NCBI GenBank assembly: GCA_902806405.1
Contig: CADCWL010000001.1
Span: 96,029-160,028 of the forward strand
Source of the DNA: an uncultured Thermomicrobiales bacterium
GTDB lineage: Bacteria; Chloroflexota; Chloroflexia; Thermomicrobiales; UBA6265
Reading direction: 5' to 3'
Length of the DNA stretch: 64,000 bases
Within the stretch, counting starts at the first letter, position 1. The number at the start of each line of letters is the position of its first letter. Positions 35,884 through 44,436 of the stretch are shown piece after piece. The notes beneath the pieces are model-generated. The model saw nothing but the letters and a program-made list of their open reading frames with translations, was not told the origin of the DNA and ran no database searches. Position numbers and translations under genes: made by a program.

Positions 35884-37410
35884 CTACCCTTCTCCCGGCC
35901 GGTCAACCCCCGGCTCCAGATCGAAGTCGACCTCGAAGGTGCGCGACCAGGGAAGCCGGACGCTACCAGGCGCGACCCGAAAGCGCCCAGCGAAGGCGGG
36001 GAGGGAGGAGATCGACGCGTTCAACCGCGTCTCGATCCAGTCGGTGACCTCGGCGAGATTCGCCGGGATTGGCTCCGCGGTCCCGGACTCGGCCACCAAC
36101 CGCTCCCGCAGCTCCCCGCGGACGACCCGCTGATAGCCCCAGTCCTCGACGAACCGATGAAGGAGAAACCGCTCCTGCGCCGCCCGCTGCCCCGCGGACT
36201 GGGAAACGGAAGCGGCGACGGCCTGGGCGACGACGGTCCCGATCGTGTTCCCGGCCGTGTTCCAGCCTCCGTAGGCGCTCAACCCTCGGAGACGGTCCCA
36301 CCGGCCGAGCACGCCGATCAAGGCCGGATCGGCGCCGTTCGGATAGGCGACATCGGCGACCGCGACGGCCCGACCGGCGCCGCAGCGGCGGCGCGTCTCC
36401 GCGAAGAGGGCGTCGAGGTACGGCAGTCGGGCGTCGCGGTCACCATTGGCCAAGGCCGGGTCCCACTCACCACGGCCGGGCACAGGCGGGTTGACCGCGA
36501 GCCAGACCCCACCGTCGCCGTCCTCGGACGCAACCTGCCCGCCTACTGCCCGGACCTGACGCTCGACGGTCAGTCGGACCGGGCCGTCCTCGAAGGGGGC
36601 CACCACCCCTTCGCCTCCGGGAACCGCGTAGAACGGAACGAACCGGGGCACAACGCCCGTCAGCGAAGCGTATGCTCGGGCCAGCAGAACGCAGCCGACC
36701 TCATCGGCGCCGGGGTACATCAGGAGCCGGTCGCCTAGGGTCAGGTGGGAGGCCCATTCGCCCAGCCACCGCTTCTCGCGCGACGGCAATCCGATCGGGC
36801 TCGTGTCGTCGGAGCTGAGAACCAGGAGATCGAGGGTTCCGTCCGCGAGGAGCTGCAGGGTGGTCAGGTTAACCGTGTGATTCCGCACCCGACGCCCGAG
36901 CCAGTCGTCGACCGCCGCCTCTGGCAGCGCGGCGCGGAGCGAAGCGATCTCCTCAGCCACATCCTCGCCACGGGCGGAACGATCGAGCAGCTGCGAGAGT
37001 TGGAAGATGCGCGGCCCGTACGACCGCCAATAGGGCATCTCCTCGACCGCGTCCGTCGAGTTCGAGATGCGGGTGATCAGGTTGAAGCCGAGCACCAGCG
37101 GTCGTGATCGTCCCGCAGGGCGCCTCAGCGGATCGAGGCGGGCAAGGACGGCGCCCACGCCGTCGTCCGTAATCCGGGAGGGGACGAGTCCCCCGTACGC
37201 CAGTTGGTCGATCGAGACGATCAAGGCGTCGAGGTCGGGAGCGACGTCGCCAAGCCATGCGGCAAGCCGATCGTGATGTCCCGCGTTGCGTCGATCGCCG
37301 ATCGCCTCCGCCGGCGGCACGACGAGGTCGACTCCGAAGATCGGCGCGATCATCGCCGGGTACCGGACGTTGGCCGGTCGTTCGTCGAGGGGGACGAGCC
37401 CGATCCGCAC
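35884..37410 (-). CDS. DUF4127-family protein
   Basis: Start re-assigned to GTG 37410, 8 nt after AGGAG, giving VRIGLVPLDERPANVRYP. This matches the conserved LPLDERP N-terminus of DUF4127 as I recall it. About 508 aa. Confidence 0.65.
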   Translation of the reverse strand: MRIGLVPLDERPANVRYPAMIAPIFGVDLVVPPAEAIGDRRNAGHHDRLAAWLGDVAPDLDALIVSIDQLAYGGLVPSRITDDGVGAVLARLDPLRRPAGRSRPLVLGFNLITRISNSTDAVEEMPYWRSYGPRIFQLSQLLDRSARGEDVAEEIASLRAALPEAAVDDWLGRRVRNHTVNLTTLQLLADGTLDLLVLSSDDTSPIGLPSREKRWLGEWASHLTLGDRLLMYPGADEVGCVLLARAYASLTGVVPRFVPFYAVPGGEGVVAPFEDGPVRLTVERQVRAVGGQVASEDGDGGVWLAVNPPVPGRGEWDPALANGDRDARLPYLDALFAETRRRCGAGRAVAVADVAYPNGADPALIGVLGRWDRLRGLSAYGGWNTAGNTIGTVVAQAVAASVSQSAGQRAAQERFLLHRFVEDWGYQRVVRGELRERLVAESGTAEPIPANLAEVTDWIETRLNASISSLPAFAGRFRVAPGSVRLPWSRTFEVDFDLEPGVDRPGEG

Positions 37411-37616
37411 CAGCAGCGCTCCTGACACCGCAGCGGCTCGCCGCCGGTGGCTCCCGCGAGGGGAGTAGAATGGCCCCGCCGAGGGAAACAACGCCGGCCG
37501 TCGGCACGCAGCGTCGCCTCCGTCATCTTCGCACGCGGCGGGGGCACAGGGCGGCCGGGCCGAGAAGGCGACCGGGGCCGATCCAGCGTCGTCGATCGTT
37601 CGACCTGATCCGGGAG

Positions 37617-38495
37617 ATGCCGGCGGAGGGAGGCAGCGCGCCCGTGTTCCGTCGCCGTCCCCGTCACCCTGGGGTGCGAACCGCCGACGCGACGGCGCGC
37701 GGCGGCTTCGGGGCATCCACCCCTCCGCTCGAACTGCGGTCGATCAGCGCAACGTACCGGGAGAAGGGGGCGACGTTCGCCGCCCTCGAAGGCGTCTCGT
37801 TGTCGGTCAACGACGGTGAGGTGGTGGCCCTGATCGGTCCCTCCGGCTGCGGCAAGAGCACCCTCCTCGACGTCGTCGCGGGCCTCCTGATCCCCGACGC
37901 GGGCGAGGTCCGCATCCGGGGACGGCCGCTCGTCGCTGCCGAGCGACTGGGCGCCTCGGCCTACATGCGGCAGCGCGACCTCCTCCTGCCGTGGCGAACA
38001 GCCCTCGGGAACGCGGCGCTCGCCCTGGAGGTCGACGGTACGCCGAAGCGGCGGGCGATGGAGCTGGCGGGGGAACGCTTCCCGGCGTTCGGTCTCGAGG
38101 GCTTTGAGGACGCCTACCCCGCTCAGCTCTCCGGCGGGATGCGCCAGCGCGTCGCCTTCCTGCGGACGGCGCTCGCTGGACGGCCGCTCCTGTTGCTCGA
38201 CGAGCCGTTCGGTGCCCTGGACGCCCTGACTCGGGCCGAGATGCAGGCCTGGCTCCTCGCCCTCTTGGAGGGCGGGCGGGTCGCCGTCTTGCTCGTCACC
38301 CACGACGTCGAGGAAGCGGTCCTCCTGGCCGATCGGGTGATTGTCCTGACCCGCCGTCCCGGCCGGGTGACGCACGAGGAAGCGGTCCGATTGACGCGAC
38401 CGCGCCGCCGCACTCAGGTGATGGAGCCGGCGTTCCTCAGGCACAAGGCGGCGATTCTGGAGGTCCTGGGCCTGCTGGATGGGGACACCGTTTGA
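37617..38495 (+). CDS. ABC transporter ATP-binding protein (NitT/TauT nitrate/sulfonate/bicarbonate-type)
   Basis: Walker A GPSGCGKSTLL, signature LSGGMRQRVAF, Walker B LLLLDEPFGALD, H-loop VTHDVEEA. Start uncertain (ATG 37617, or GTG 37644/37674). Confidence 0.9.
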   Translation: MPAEGGSAPVFRRRPRHPGVRTADATARGGFGASTPPLELRSISATYREKGATFAALEGVSLSVNDGEVVALIGPSGCGKSTLLDVVAGLLIPDAGEVRIRGRPLVAAERLGASAYMRQRDLLLPWRTALGNAALALEVDGTPKRRAMELAGERFPAFGLEGFEDAYPAQLSGGMRQRVAFLRTALAGRPLLLLDEPFGALDALTRAEMQAWLLALLEGGRVAVLLVTHDVEEAVLLADRVIVLTRRPGRVTHEEAVRLTRPRRRTQVMEPAFLRHKAAILEVLGLLDGDTV

Positions 38496-39400
38496 GGGCA
38501 TCGGGGACGAAGCGGACCCAGCAGAGCCTTCCTCCATCGAGCCGGAGGGTGGTCCCGCTTGGAGCGCAAGAGGGGTCGGAGACGGAACCGGCGGCGGGGA
38601 TGCCACCGGTTCCGTCTCCGACCCCTCTTGCGGGCGGAACGGGGCGGTGGCTGGCCCCGGGCGGGTTGGTCGCCGCCGGCTTGGTCGTGTGGGAGGCGGC
38701 AGTCCGCACCGCCGAGACCCCGACTTGGCTGCTGCCCGCACCGAGCGTCGTCGCGCGCACGCTCTGGATCGACCGGGGGTTGCTGGCCGGTCACGCCACC
38801 GTCACCCTCGCCGAGATCGGCATCGGGTTCGCGCTGGCGCTGGTGCTCGGGGTCCTGCTGGGGGCGGCGATCGACGCCTCGGTCGTGCTGGCAAGGGCAC
38901 TCTACCCGCTGGTCGTGGCCAGTCAAACGGTACCGATCCCGGCGCTCTCCCCCCTGCTGCTAATCTGGCTCGGCCACGGCCTGGGACCGAAGGTCGTCGT
39001 CACGGCCCTCGTCGCCTTCTTCCCGATCGTGGTCGGCACGGTCGACGGACTCCGCGCCACCGACCGGGAGGTTCTCGCCCTGCTCCGCTCGCTCGGCGCC
39101 GGCCGGTGGGCACGGTTCCGGCTGGCGCGGTTGCCGCAGGCGCTGCCGTCCGTCTTCTCCGGCGCCCGAGTCGCGGTCGCCGTCAGCGTCATCGGCGCCG
39201 TCTTCGGCGAGCTGGTCGGTGCCGAGGCAGGTCTCGGCTACCTGCTAACCCGCTCGACCGCCCAGTTCCAGACCGCGCGCGTCTTCGCCGCAATCGTTGT
39301 CCTCTCCGCGATCGGTATCGGCCTGTTCGCGCTGGTCGCGCTCGCTGAACGGGTGCTCCTTCCCTGGCGGCGCTGGACGACCGACGACGGGACGCGCTAG
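38492..39400 (+). CDS. ABC transporter permease (NitT/TauT-type, BPD_transp_1)
   Basis: LLPAPSVVARTLWIDRGLLAGHATVTLAEIGIGFALALVLGVLLGAAI, plus the EAA-like loop RSLGAGRWARFRLARLPQALP. Start ambiguous: TTG 38492 overlapping the ATPase stop, or ATG 38600 inside the hairpin loop. Confidence 0.88.
   Translation: MRASGTKRTQQSLPPSSRRVVPLGAQEGSETEPAAGMPPVPSPTPLAGGTGRWLAPGGLVAAGLVVWEAAVRTAETPTWLLPAPSVVARTLWIDRGLLAGHATVTLAEIGIGFALALVLGVLLGAAIDASVVLARALYPLVVASQTVPIPALSPLLLIWLGHGLGPKVVVTALVAFFPIVVGTVDGLRATDREVLALLRSLGAGRWARFRLARLPQALPSVFSGARVAVAVSVIGAVFGELVGAEAGLGYLLTRSTAQFQTARVFAAIVVLSAIGIGLFALVALAERVLLPWRRWTTDDGTR
38565..38632. repeat. Perfect 27-bp inverted repeat with 14-nt loop
   Basis: Left arm CGCAAGAGGGGTCGGAGACGGAACCGG (38565-38591), loop CGGCGGGGATGCCA, right arm CCGGTTCCGTCTCCGACCCCTCTTGCG (38606-38632). 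Checked base by base with zero mismatches. Confidence 0.95.
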
Positions 39401-39534
39401 GTGGCGGTCCCGGATTGTCGTCGCCGTAGTATCATCGCCATCCCCCGCTAGGCCATACCGTCTGCGTTCCCGCCGCACGTCGGCGCGACCGGAACCGCCC
39501 TCCGCCATGCTCGTCCACCTTTCGCAGGGAGCCG

Positions 39535-39822
39535 ATGCCGAACCGAACCGAGCCGAGCACGATCCCCGCCGATCCGGTATGCACCGACTGCGGCACCGCG
39601 CTCGTCGAGCCGTTCGGCTGGTGCGGGAACTGCCGAGCGGCCTACTGCTTCGGTTGCGGCCGGTCCCATTTTTGCAGCCCTGGTTGCCCCGTCAACGGCT
39701 GCCTTGCCGGACTTTGCGTCCGTGCCGTCGAGGATGGCCGGATCAGCGAGAGGTGGGGGCTGCCGGACGATGGCCCTATTTCCCCCCCGGACCTTCACAT
39801 CCTGGGAGGAGACGACGACTAA
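39535..39822 (+). CDS. Small cysteine-rich protein (10 Cys, three CxxC pairs), function unknown
   Basis: 95 aa: CTDCG...CGNC...CFGCG...CSPGC...C...C. GC3-rich codon usage like the neighbouring genes. Its stop overlaps the convergent menG stop. Confidence 0.5.
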   Translation: MPNRTEPSTIPADPVCTDCGTALVEPFGWCGNCRAAYCFGCGRSHFCSPGCPVNGCLAGLCVRAVEDGRISERWGLPDDGPISPPDLHILGGDDD

Positions 39823-40616
39823 CGGTCCTCTCCCCGGACCGGAACGTTGAGCGCAGGACCGGGGGGCCTGTCCTTCGTGCCCACATGGAGCGCCACTGTG
39901 CCGCCACCGAGGAGCCGGTAGGAGACGGCGGTGAAGCCGGCGTGACGCATCAACTCGGCCAGGGCCGGCGCCGTGGGGAAGGCGGCGACGGAGGTCGGGA
40001 GGTAGCGATAGGCATCGCGGTCGCCGCTGAGGATGCCGCCCACAACGGGGACGACCTTGGCGAAGTACCAGCCGAAGAGGCGGCCGAGGACGGGTCGGCG
40101 GTACGGCGTCAGCTCGAGGCAGACGAGGCGGCCACCCGGGGCGAGCACCCGGCCCGTCTCTCGCAGCGCTGCCCCGTAGTCGGCCATGTTCCGGAGCCCG
40201 AAGGCGACGGTGCACGCGTCGAAGCCGGCGTCGGGGAACGGTAATGTGAGCGCGTCTCCGACGACCCAGCGTATCGGCGTTCGCGGCGGCGACTCGACCG
40301 ATCCGGTCCGCCCCTTCGCCGCCGCCGCGGAGAGCATCGGGCGCGCGAAGTCGACGCCGACCACCGAGCCGGCACCGCCGGCGGCAAGGGCGAAGGCGAG
40401 ATCGCCGGTGCCGGTGGCGACGTCGAGGACGCGGGCGGCGCCCGGCTCCCGGCCATCCAGCGCCGTGCGGACGGCGAGGCGCCGCCATCCCACGTCGCGC
40501 CCTCCGGTCATGAGCCGGTTCATGGCGTCGTAGCGCGGGACTATCCTGCCGAACATCTCCCGAACGTCCCGGCCGCTTCGAAGCGCCCCGGCACCCGTCC
40601 CGTCCCGGTCGCTCAC
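39819..40616 (-). CDS. menG: Demethylmenaquinone / ubiquinone-menaquinone methyltransferase (UbiE/MenG family)
   Basis: Start GTG 40616 in a GTGA overlap with the menA stop. FGRIVPRYDAMNRLMTGG, LDVATGTGDLAF (SAM motif I), FGLRNMADYGAALRETGRVLAPGGRLVCLE. The 627-aa ORF in the track is a read-through artefact. Confidence 0.9.
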   Translation of the reverse strand: MSDRDGTGAGALRSGRDVREMFGRIVPRYDAMNRLMTGGRDVGWRRLAVRTALDGREPGAARVLDVATGTGDLAFALAAGGAGSVVGVDFARPMLSAAAAKGRTGSVESPPRTPIRWVVGDALTLPFPDAGFDACTVAFGLRNMADYGAALRETGRVLAPGGRLVCLELTPYRRPVLGRLFGWYFAKVVPVVGGILSGDRDAYRYLPTSVAAFPTAPALAELMRHAGFTAVSYRLLGGGTVALHVGTKDRPPGPALNVPVRGEDR

Positions 40617-41575
40617 AGGACGATGCTTCCCGTGAGCAGCACGGCAAACACCAGCTCCAGCCGGGCAGTCGCCCCCAGCAAGGGATTCAACGCCGCGCCA
40701 TGGGTGGTCCAGAGGCGGGCGACGAGGGAAACGGCCAGGGGAGCGGACAGCCAGGGCAGCCACCACCAGCCGGAGAACGTACCGGCCGTCCATCCCACCG
40801 GCATCGCCACGTAGGCGACGCCCACCAGGGAGGCAAACTCCCAACGCGTCCTTGCCGCTCCAAGACGGACGGCCAGGGTCCTCTTGCCGGCGGCGCGATC
40901 GGTGATCGCGTCGCGCAGGTTGTTGACCACCAGGATCGCGGTCGCGAGGCAGCCGACCGGGACCGCCGCGGCGAGGGCGAGCGGCGAGAGCCTTCCGGTC
41001 TGGACGAAGGCGGTGCCGGCGACGGCGACCAGCCCGAAGAAGCCGAAGACGAAGACGTCTCCGAGGCCGAGATAGCCGAGCGGCGCCGGGCCGCCCGTGT
41101 AGGCGACCGCGGAGACGAGCGCGAGCAGACCGAGGAGCGCGATCGGCCAGCCGCCCCGCCCAATCAGGTAGAGGCCGCAGAGCGCCGCCGCCGCCAGCAC
41201 CACCGCCGTCGCCGCCAGCACCAAGCCCGGCGCGATCAGCCCGCTCTGCGTCACACGGGTCGGTCCCAACCGGGCGGCGGTGTCCGCACCGCGGCGGAAG
41301 TCGAACACGTCGTTCGCCAGGTTCGCAGCGATCTGGAGGAGCAGTGCCACCGCGAGCGCGGCCAGCGCCGCCAGCGGCACGAAGCCGTCCTCGGCGATGG
41401 CGACCGCCGTGCCGACGAGGACCGGCGCGACCGCGGCCGGCAGCGTCTTCGGTCGCGCTGCGAGGAGCCAGGCCGCGCGCGCCGAGGGGACGCCACGCCG
41501 GGTCACCGCCCCCTCCCCGGCGATGGCATTCGCCCCGGCTTTCGCCGTTGCCGGCGTCGCCCGCTCGGCGGTCAC
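40613..41575 (-). CDS. menA: 1,4-dihydroxy-2-naphthoate polyprenyltransferase (UbiA family)
   Basis: [31 protein letters not shown] (NDxxD motif), [19 protein letters not shown], 8-9 TM. GTG start in a GTGA overlap with the upstream SPFH gene. Confidence 0.88.
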   Translation of the reverse strand: MTAERATPATAKAGANAIAGEGAVTRRGVPSARAAWLLAARPKTLPAAVAPVLVGTAVAIAEDGFVPLAALAALAVALLLQIAANLANDVFDFRRGADTAARLGPTRVTQSGLIAPGLVLAATAVVLAAAALCGLYLIGRGGWPIALLGLLALVSAVAYTGGPAPLGYLGLGDVFVFGFFGLVAVAGTAFVQTGRLSPLALAAAVPVGCLATAILVVNNLRDAITDRAAGKRTLAVRLGAARTRWEFASLVGVAYVAMPVGWTAGTFSGWWWLPWLSAPLAVSLVARLWTTHGAALNPLLGATARLELVFAVLLTGSIVL

Positions 41576-42648
41576 GCCGGCGGGGTCGGGAGCGGCGCCG
41601 GGGTCGGCGCGGCTCCGGAGGAACCGGCGTCCGCGGCGGGGGTGGGAGCCGTCGGCTCCGCAGTGCCGACGGCGGGCGCGCCGGGGACGCCGGGCACGGC
41701 ACCGCCGGGTGTCTGCAGATTGAGGAACGGCGTCACGCTGCCACCGTCGAGGATCGCCCAGTTGATCGTCTGCAGGGCCTCGATGTAGTTGAGGGCGATA
41801 ATCTCAGGGTTGTTGCGCGCGGCCTCGCCACGGAGGCTGATCGCCGCCGCCTCGCCGGCCGCCCGGATCTGCTGCGCCTGGGAGTCGCCCTCCGCCAGAT
41901 TGGCGACCTTGATCGCCTCCTGCTCGGCGGCGGCGGCCTCGTTCGCCCGCGTCTCGATCTGCTCACGGGCGATCTGCTGCGCCTCGATCGCCGCCTCGTA
42001 GGACTCGTTGAAGCGGGGCCGCTTCAGCTCGAAGAACTCGAGCTCCACACCGGCCTCCTCCAGGCGGGGCCGGACGAGGTCTCCCAGTTGCCTGCTGACG
42101 ATGTCCAGATCGCCGGAGTAGAGCTCCGTCGCCCCGAACTTCTGGACCTGCTGCCGCGTGATCGCGCGGGTGTGAAACTTGACGACGCTCTCGTTGACCC
42201 GGTCCTGAGTCCTGCCGATCTGGGCGTAGATCTCACCGACGTTCTGGGGCGGGATGCGGTAGCGGAGGTTGAGGGTGACGCCGACCGGTTGCCCGTCCCG
42301 CGTCACGCTGTCGATCGGGGTGTCGACGAAGTCGGCCCGCGATCCTCCCTGCGGGTCGTCGACCACCTCGTAGAACGTGGTCGCGGTGCGGAAGCAGTGG
42401 AAGTTCTCAACGCCGGGGATCCGGATGTGCAATCCGGGCCCGACCTCCCGCGTCACCGCCCCAAAACGGGTCACCGCGCACGCCTCCCCGGCGTCGACCC
42501 GGGCGGTTCCGGTAGCGAGGGCAACGAGCAGCAGGAGCGCGACCGCGCCGAGCGCGATCCACCGGAACGGAGGCCCTTGGGATCGCCCACCGCGGAATCC
42601 CCGGTCGCCCGTGTCCCCACCGTCGTTGTACCCACCCACTGGTCTCAT
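41572..42648 (-). CDS. SPFH/prohibitin-domain membrane protein
   Basis: Start ATG 42648, 6 nt after GGGAGG. N-terminal TM (WIALGAVALLLLVALA), PHB domain (TRDGQPVGVTLNLRYRI, EAGVELEFFELKRPRF), coiled coil and a Pro/Ala-rich tail. Confidence 0.85.
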   Translation of the reverse strand: MRPVGGYNDGGDTGDRGFRGGRSQGPPFRWIALGAVALLLLVALATGTARVDAGEACAVTRFGAVTREVGPGLHIRIPGVENFHCFRTATTFYEVVDDPQGGSRADFVDTPIDSVTRDGQPVGVTLNLRYRIPPQNVGEIYAQIGRTQDRVNESVVKFHTRAITRQQVQKFGATELYSGDLDIVSRQLGDLVRPRLEEAGVELEFFELKRPRFNESYEAAIEAQQIAREQIETRANEAAAAEQEAIKVANLAEGDSQAQQIRAAGEAAAISLRGEAARNNPEIIALNYIEALQTINWAILDGGSVTPFLNLQTPGGAVPGVPGAPAVGTAEPTAPTPAADAGSSGAAPTPAPLPTPPA

Positions 42649-42664
42649 CTCATGCCTCCCACTG

Positions 42665-43558
42665 CTACAGCGCGACGTTGTCGATGATGCGGACGCCGCC
42701 GACTCGGGCGGCAACGATGGCCCTCGCGCCGGGGACGACGGTACCGAGCGGCTCGAGGGTGCCGCCGTCGACGACGGCCAGATACTCGGTGCGGACGGTT
42801 GGCTCCCCGGCAAGAACCTCCTCCCCGGCCACCCTCATGCCTTCGGCATCAGTCTCTCCCGCTGCGGCACACTCCGCCATCCGAAACAGGGCACGGGGAA
42901 CGACCCTCGCCCGCTCGCGGTCCTCCGGCAAGAGCCGGGCGTTCCGGGAGCTGAGCGGTAAGCCGTCCGGCCCGCGCACGGTCGGGCAGCCAACGATCGC
43001 CCCGGGGAACGCCAGGTCGGCATGGAGCCGACGGATGACGAGCAATTGCTGGTAATCCTTCTCGCCGAAGTAGGCGTGCTCCGGGCGGACGATGTTGAGC
43101 AAGAGGGCAACGACCGTCGCCACGCCCCGGAAGTGGCCCGGACGCGCCGCCCCCTCCCATCGCTCGCTCGGGCCGGCGATTTCGACCGCGGTGGCAAATC
43201 CGGGTGGGTAAATCTCGTCGACCGCCGGCGCGAAGACGAGGTCCGCCCCGGCCTCCCCGGCGCGCGCGGCATCCCGTTCCAGATCGCGCGGGTACGCCGC
43301 CAGGTCGGACGGATCGCCGAACTGACTCGGGTTCACGAAGACGCTGACCACCGTGCGCGGATTCTCCAAGACGGAGCGTCGGATGAGCGACAAGTGGCCG
43401 TCGTGGAGAGCACCCATCGTCGCGACGTAGCCGGGGGACAACCCGGCCAACGCCGCCGTCAGATCCCCACGCCGCCGCACGACATCGGGACCGGGACGCC
43501 GTCGCTGCCCAGCGTCGACCGCGCCCTCCTCGAACAATCGAGGGAACGTGGCGATCAC
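42665..43558 (-). CDS. panC: Pantoate-beta-alanine ligase
   Basis: ATMGALHDGHLSLIRRS, VSVFVNPSQFG, FGEKDYQQL motifs. GTGA overlap with panB. Confidence 0.95.
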   Translation of the reverse strand: MIATFPRLFEEGAVDAGQRRRPGPDVVRRRGDLTAALAGLSPGYVATMGALHDGHLSLIRRSVLENPRTVVSVFVNPSQFGDPSDLAAYPRDLERDAARAGEAGADLVFAPAVDEIYPPGFATAVEIAGPSERWEGAARPGHFRGVATVVALLLNIVRPEHAYFGEKDYQQLLVIRRLHADLAFPGAIVGCPTVRGPDGLPLSSRNARLLPEDRERARVVPRALFRMAECAAAGETDAEGMRVAGEEVLAGEPTVRTEYLAVVDGGTLEPLGTVVPGARAIVAARVGGVRIIDNVAL

Positions 43559-44436
43559 CCCGCCTCCCCGGTGCCGCGGCGCAGCGCCGCCACCACGTCC
43601 GGTTTCGCCGCGTAGCTGTGCGCGGCGTCCGGAAAGATTCCCTCGCGCACCTCCCCGGCGAAGGCGGCGAAGGCGGCCCGAGTCGCCCCGCCGAGATCGG
43701 CATAGCGCTTCGCGAAGCGCGGCGACACGCGGTCCTCCAGCCCCAACAGGTCGTGGGCGATGAGGATCTGGCCGTCGCAGGCTGCGCCAGCGCCGATCCC
43801 GATCGTCGGCACCCCGATCCGCTCGCTGATCAACGCGGCAAGATCGGTCGGCACCGCCTCAACGACAACCGCGTAGGCGCCCGCGTCGGCGACGGCCTCG
43901 GCGCCGGACAGGACGGCGCTGGCCGACTCGACGTCGCGGCCCTGGACGCGAAAGCCGCCAAGGCTGGCCGCGGACTGCGGCGTAAGCCCGACGTGACCCA
44001 TCACCGGGATGCCGGCCGCCACGATCGCGCGCACCCGATCGGCGACCGCCCGCCCACCCTCCAGCTTGACCGCGTCGGCGCCCCCCTCCTGCATCAAACG
44101 ACCGGCGTTCTCCACCGCCCGCGCTTCGTCGACCTGGTAGGTAAGGAACGGCATGTCGGCGACAACATGCGTCGCGGGCGCCCCGCGGACCACCGCCCGG
44201 GTATGGTGGAGGATGTCGTCGAGCGTGACCGGAACCGTGGAGTCGTACCCGAGGACGACCATGCCAAGGGAGTCTCCGACCAGGATCAGGTCGACCCCGG
44301 CCTGCTCAGCCTGCCTTGCCATCGAGTAGTCGTAAGCGGTGACCATCACCAGCCGCCGCGCCCTCTTCGCCGCGCGCAGCTCTGGCACGCTCAGCTTGGC
44401 GCGGCGCCCGGTGCCGGTGACGTCGGGTGTGCTCAT
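43555..44436 (-). CDS. panB: 3-methyl-2-oxobutanoate hydroxymethyltransferase
   Basis: VMVTAYDYSMARQAEQAGVDLILVGDSLGMVVLGY, GADAVKLEGG, GHVGLTPQS motifs. Confidence 0.95.
   Translation of the reverse strand: MSTPDVTGTGRRAKLSVPELRAAKRARRLVMVTAYDYSMARQAEQAGVDLILVGDSLGMVVLGYDSTVPVTLDDILHHTRAVVRGAPATHVVADMPFLTYQVDEARAVENAGRLMQEGGADAVKLEGGRAVADRVRAIVAAGIPVMGHVGLTPQSAASLGGFRVQGRDVESASAVLSGAEAVADAGAYAVVVEAVPTDLAALISERIGVPTIGIGAGAACDGQILIAHDLLGLEDRVSPRFAKRYADLGGATRAAFAAFAGEVREGIFPDAAHSYAAKPDVVAALRRGTGEAG

Noticed and set aside
33110-36133. 1007-aa plus-strand ORF
   Set aside because: An out-of-frame run across the FAD oxidoreductase, the membrane-protein gene and the end of DUF4127. It is extremely Arg/Pro-rich with no motifs.
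39819-41702. 627-aa ORF suggesting a large fusion protein
   Set aside because: Only the C-terminal 265 aa (UbiE/MenG) is real. The upstream part is the menG frame running open across menA, which is encoded in another frame with clear UbiA motifs. A GTG start at 40616 overlaps the menA stop.
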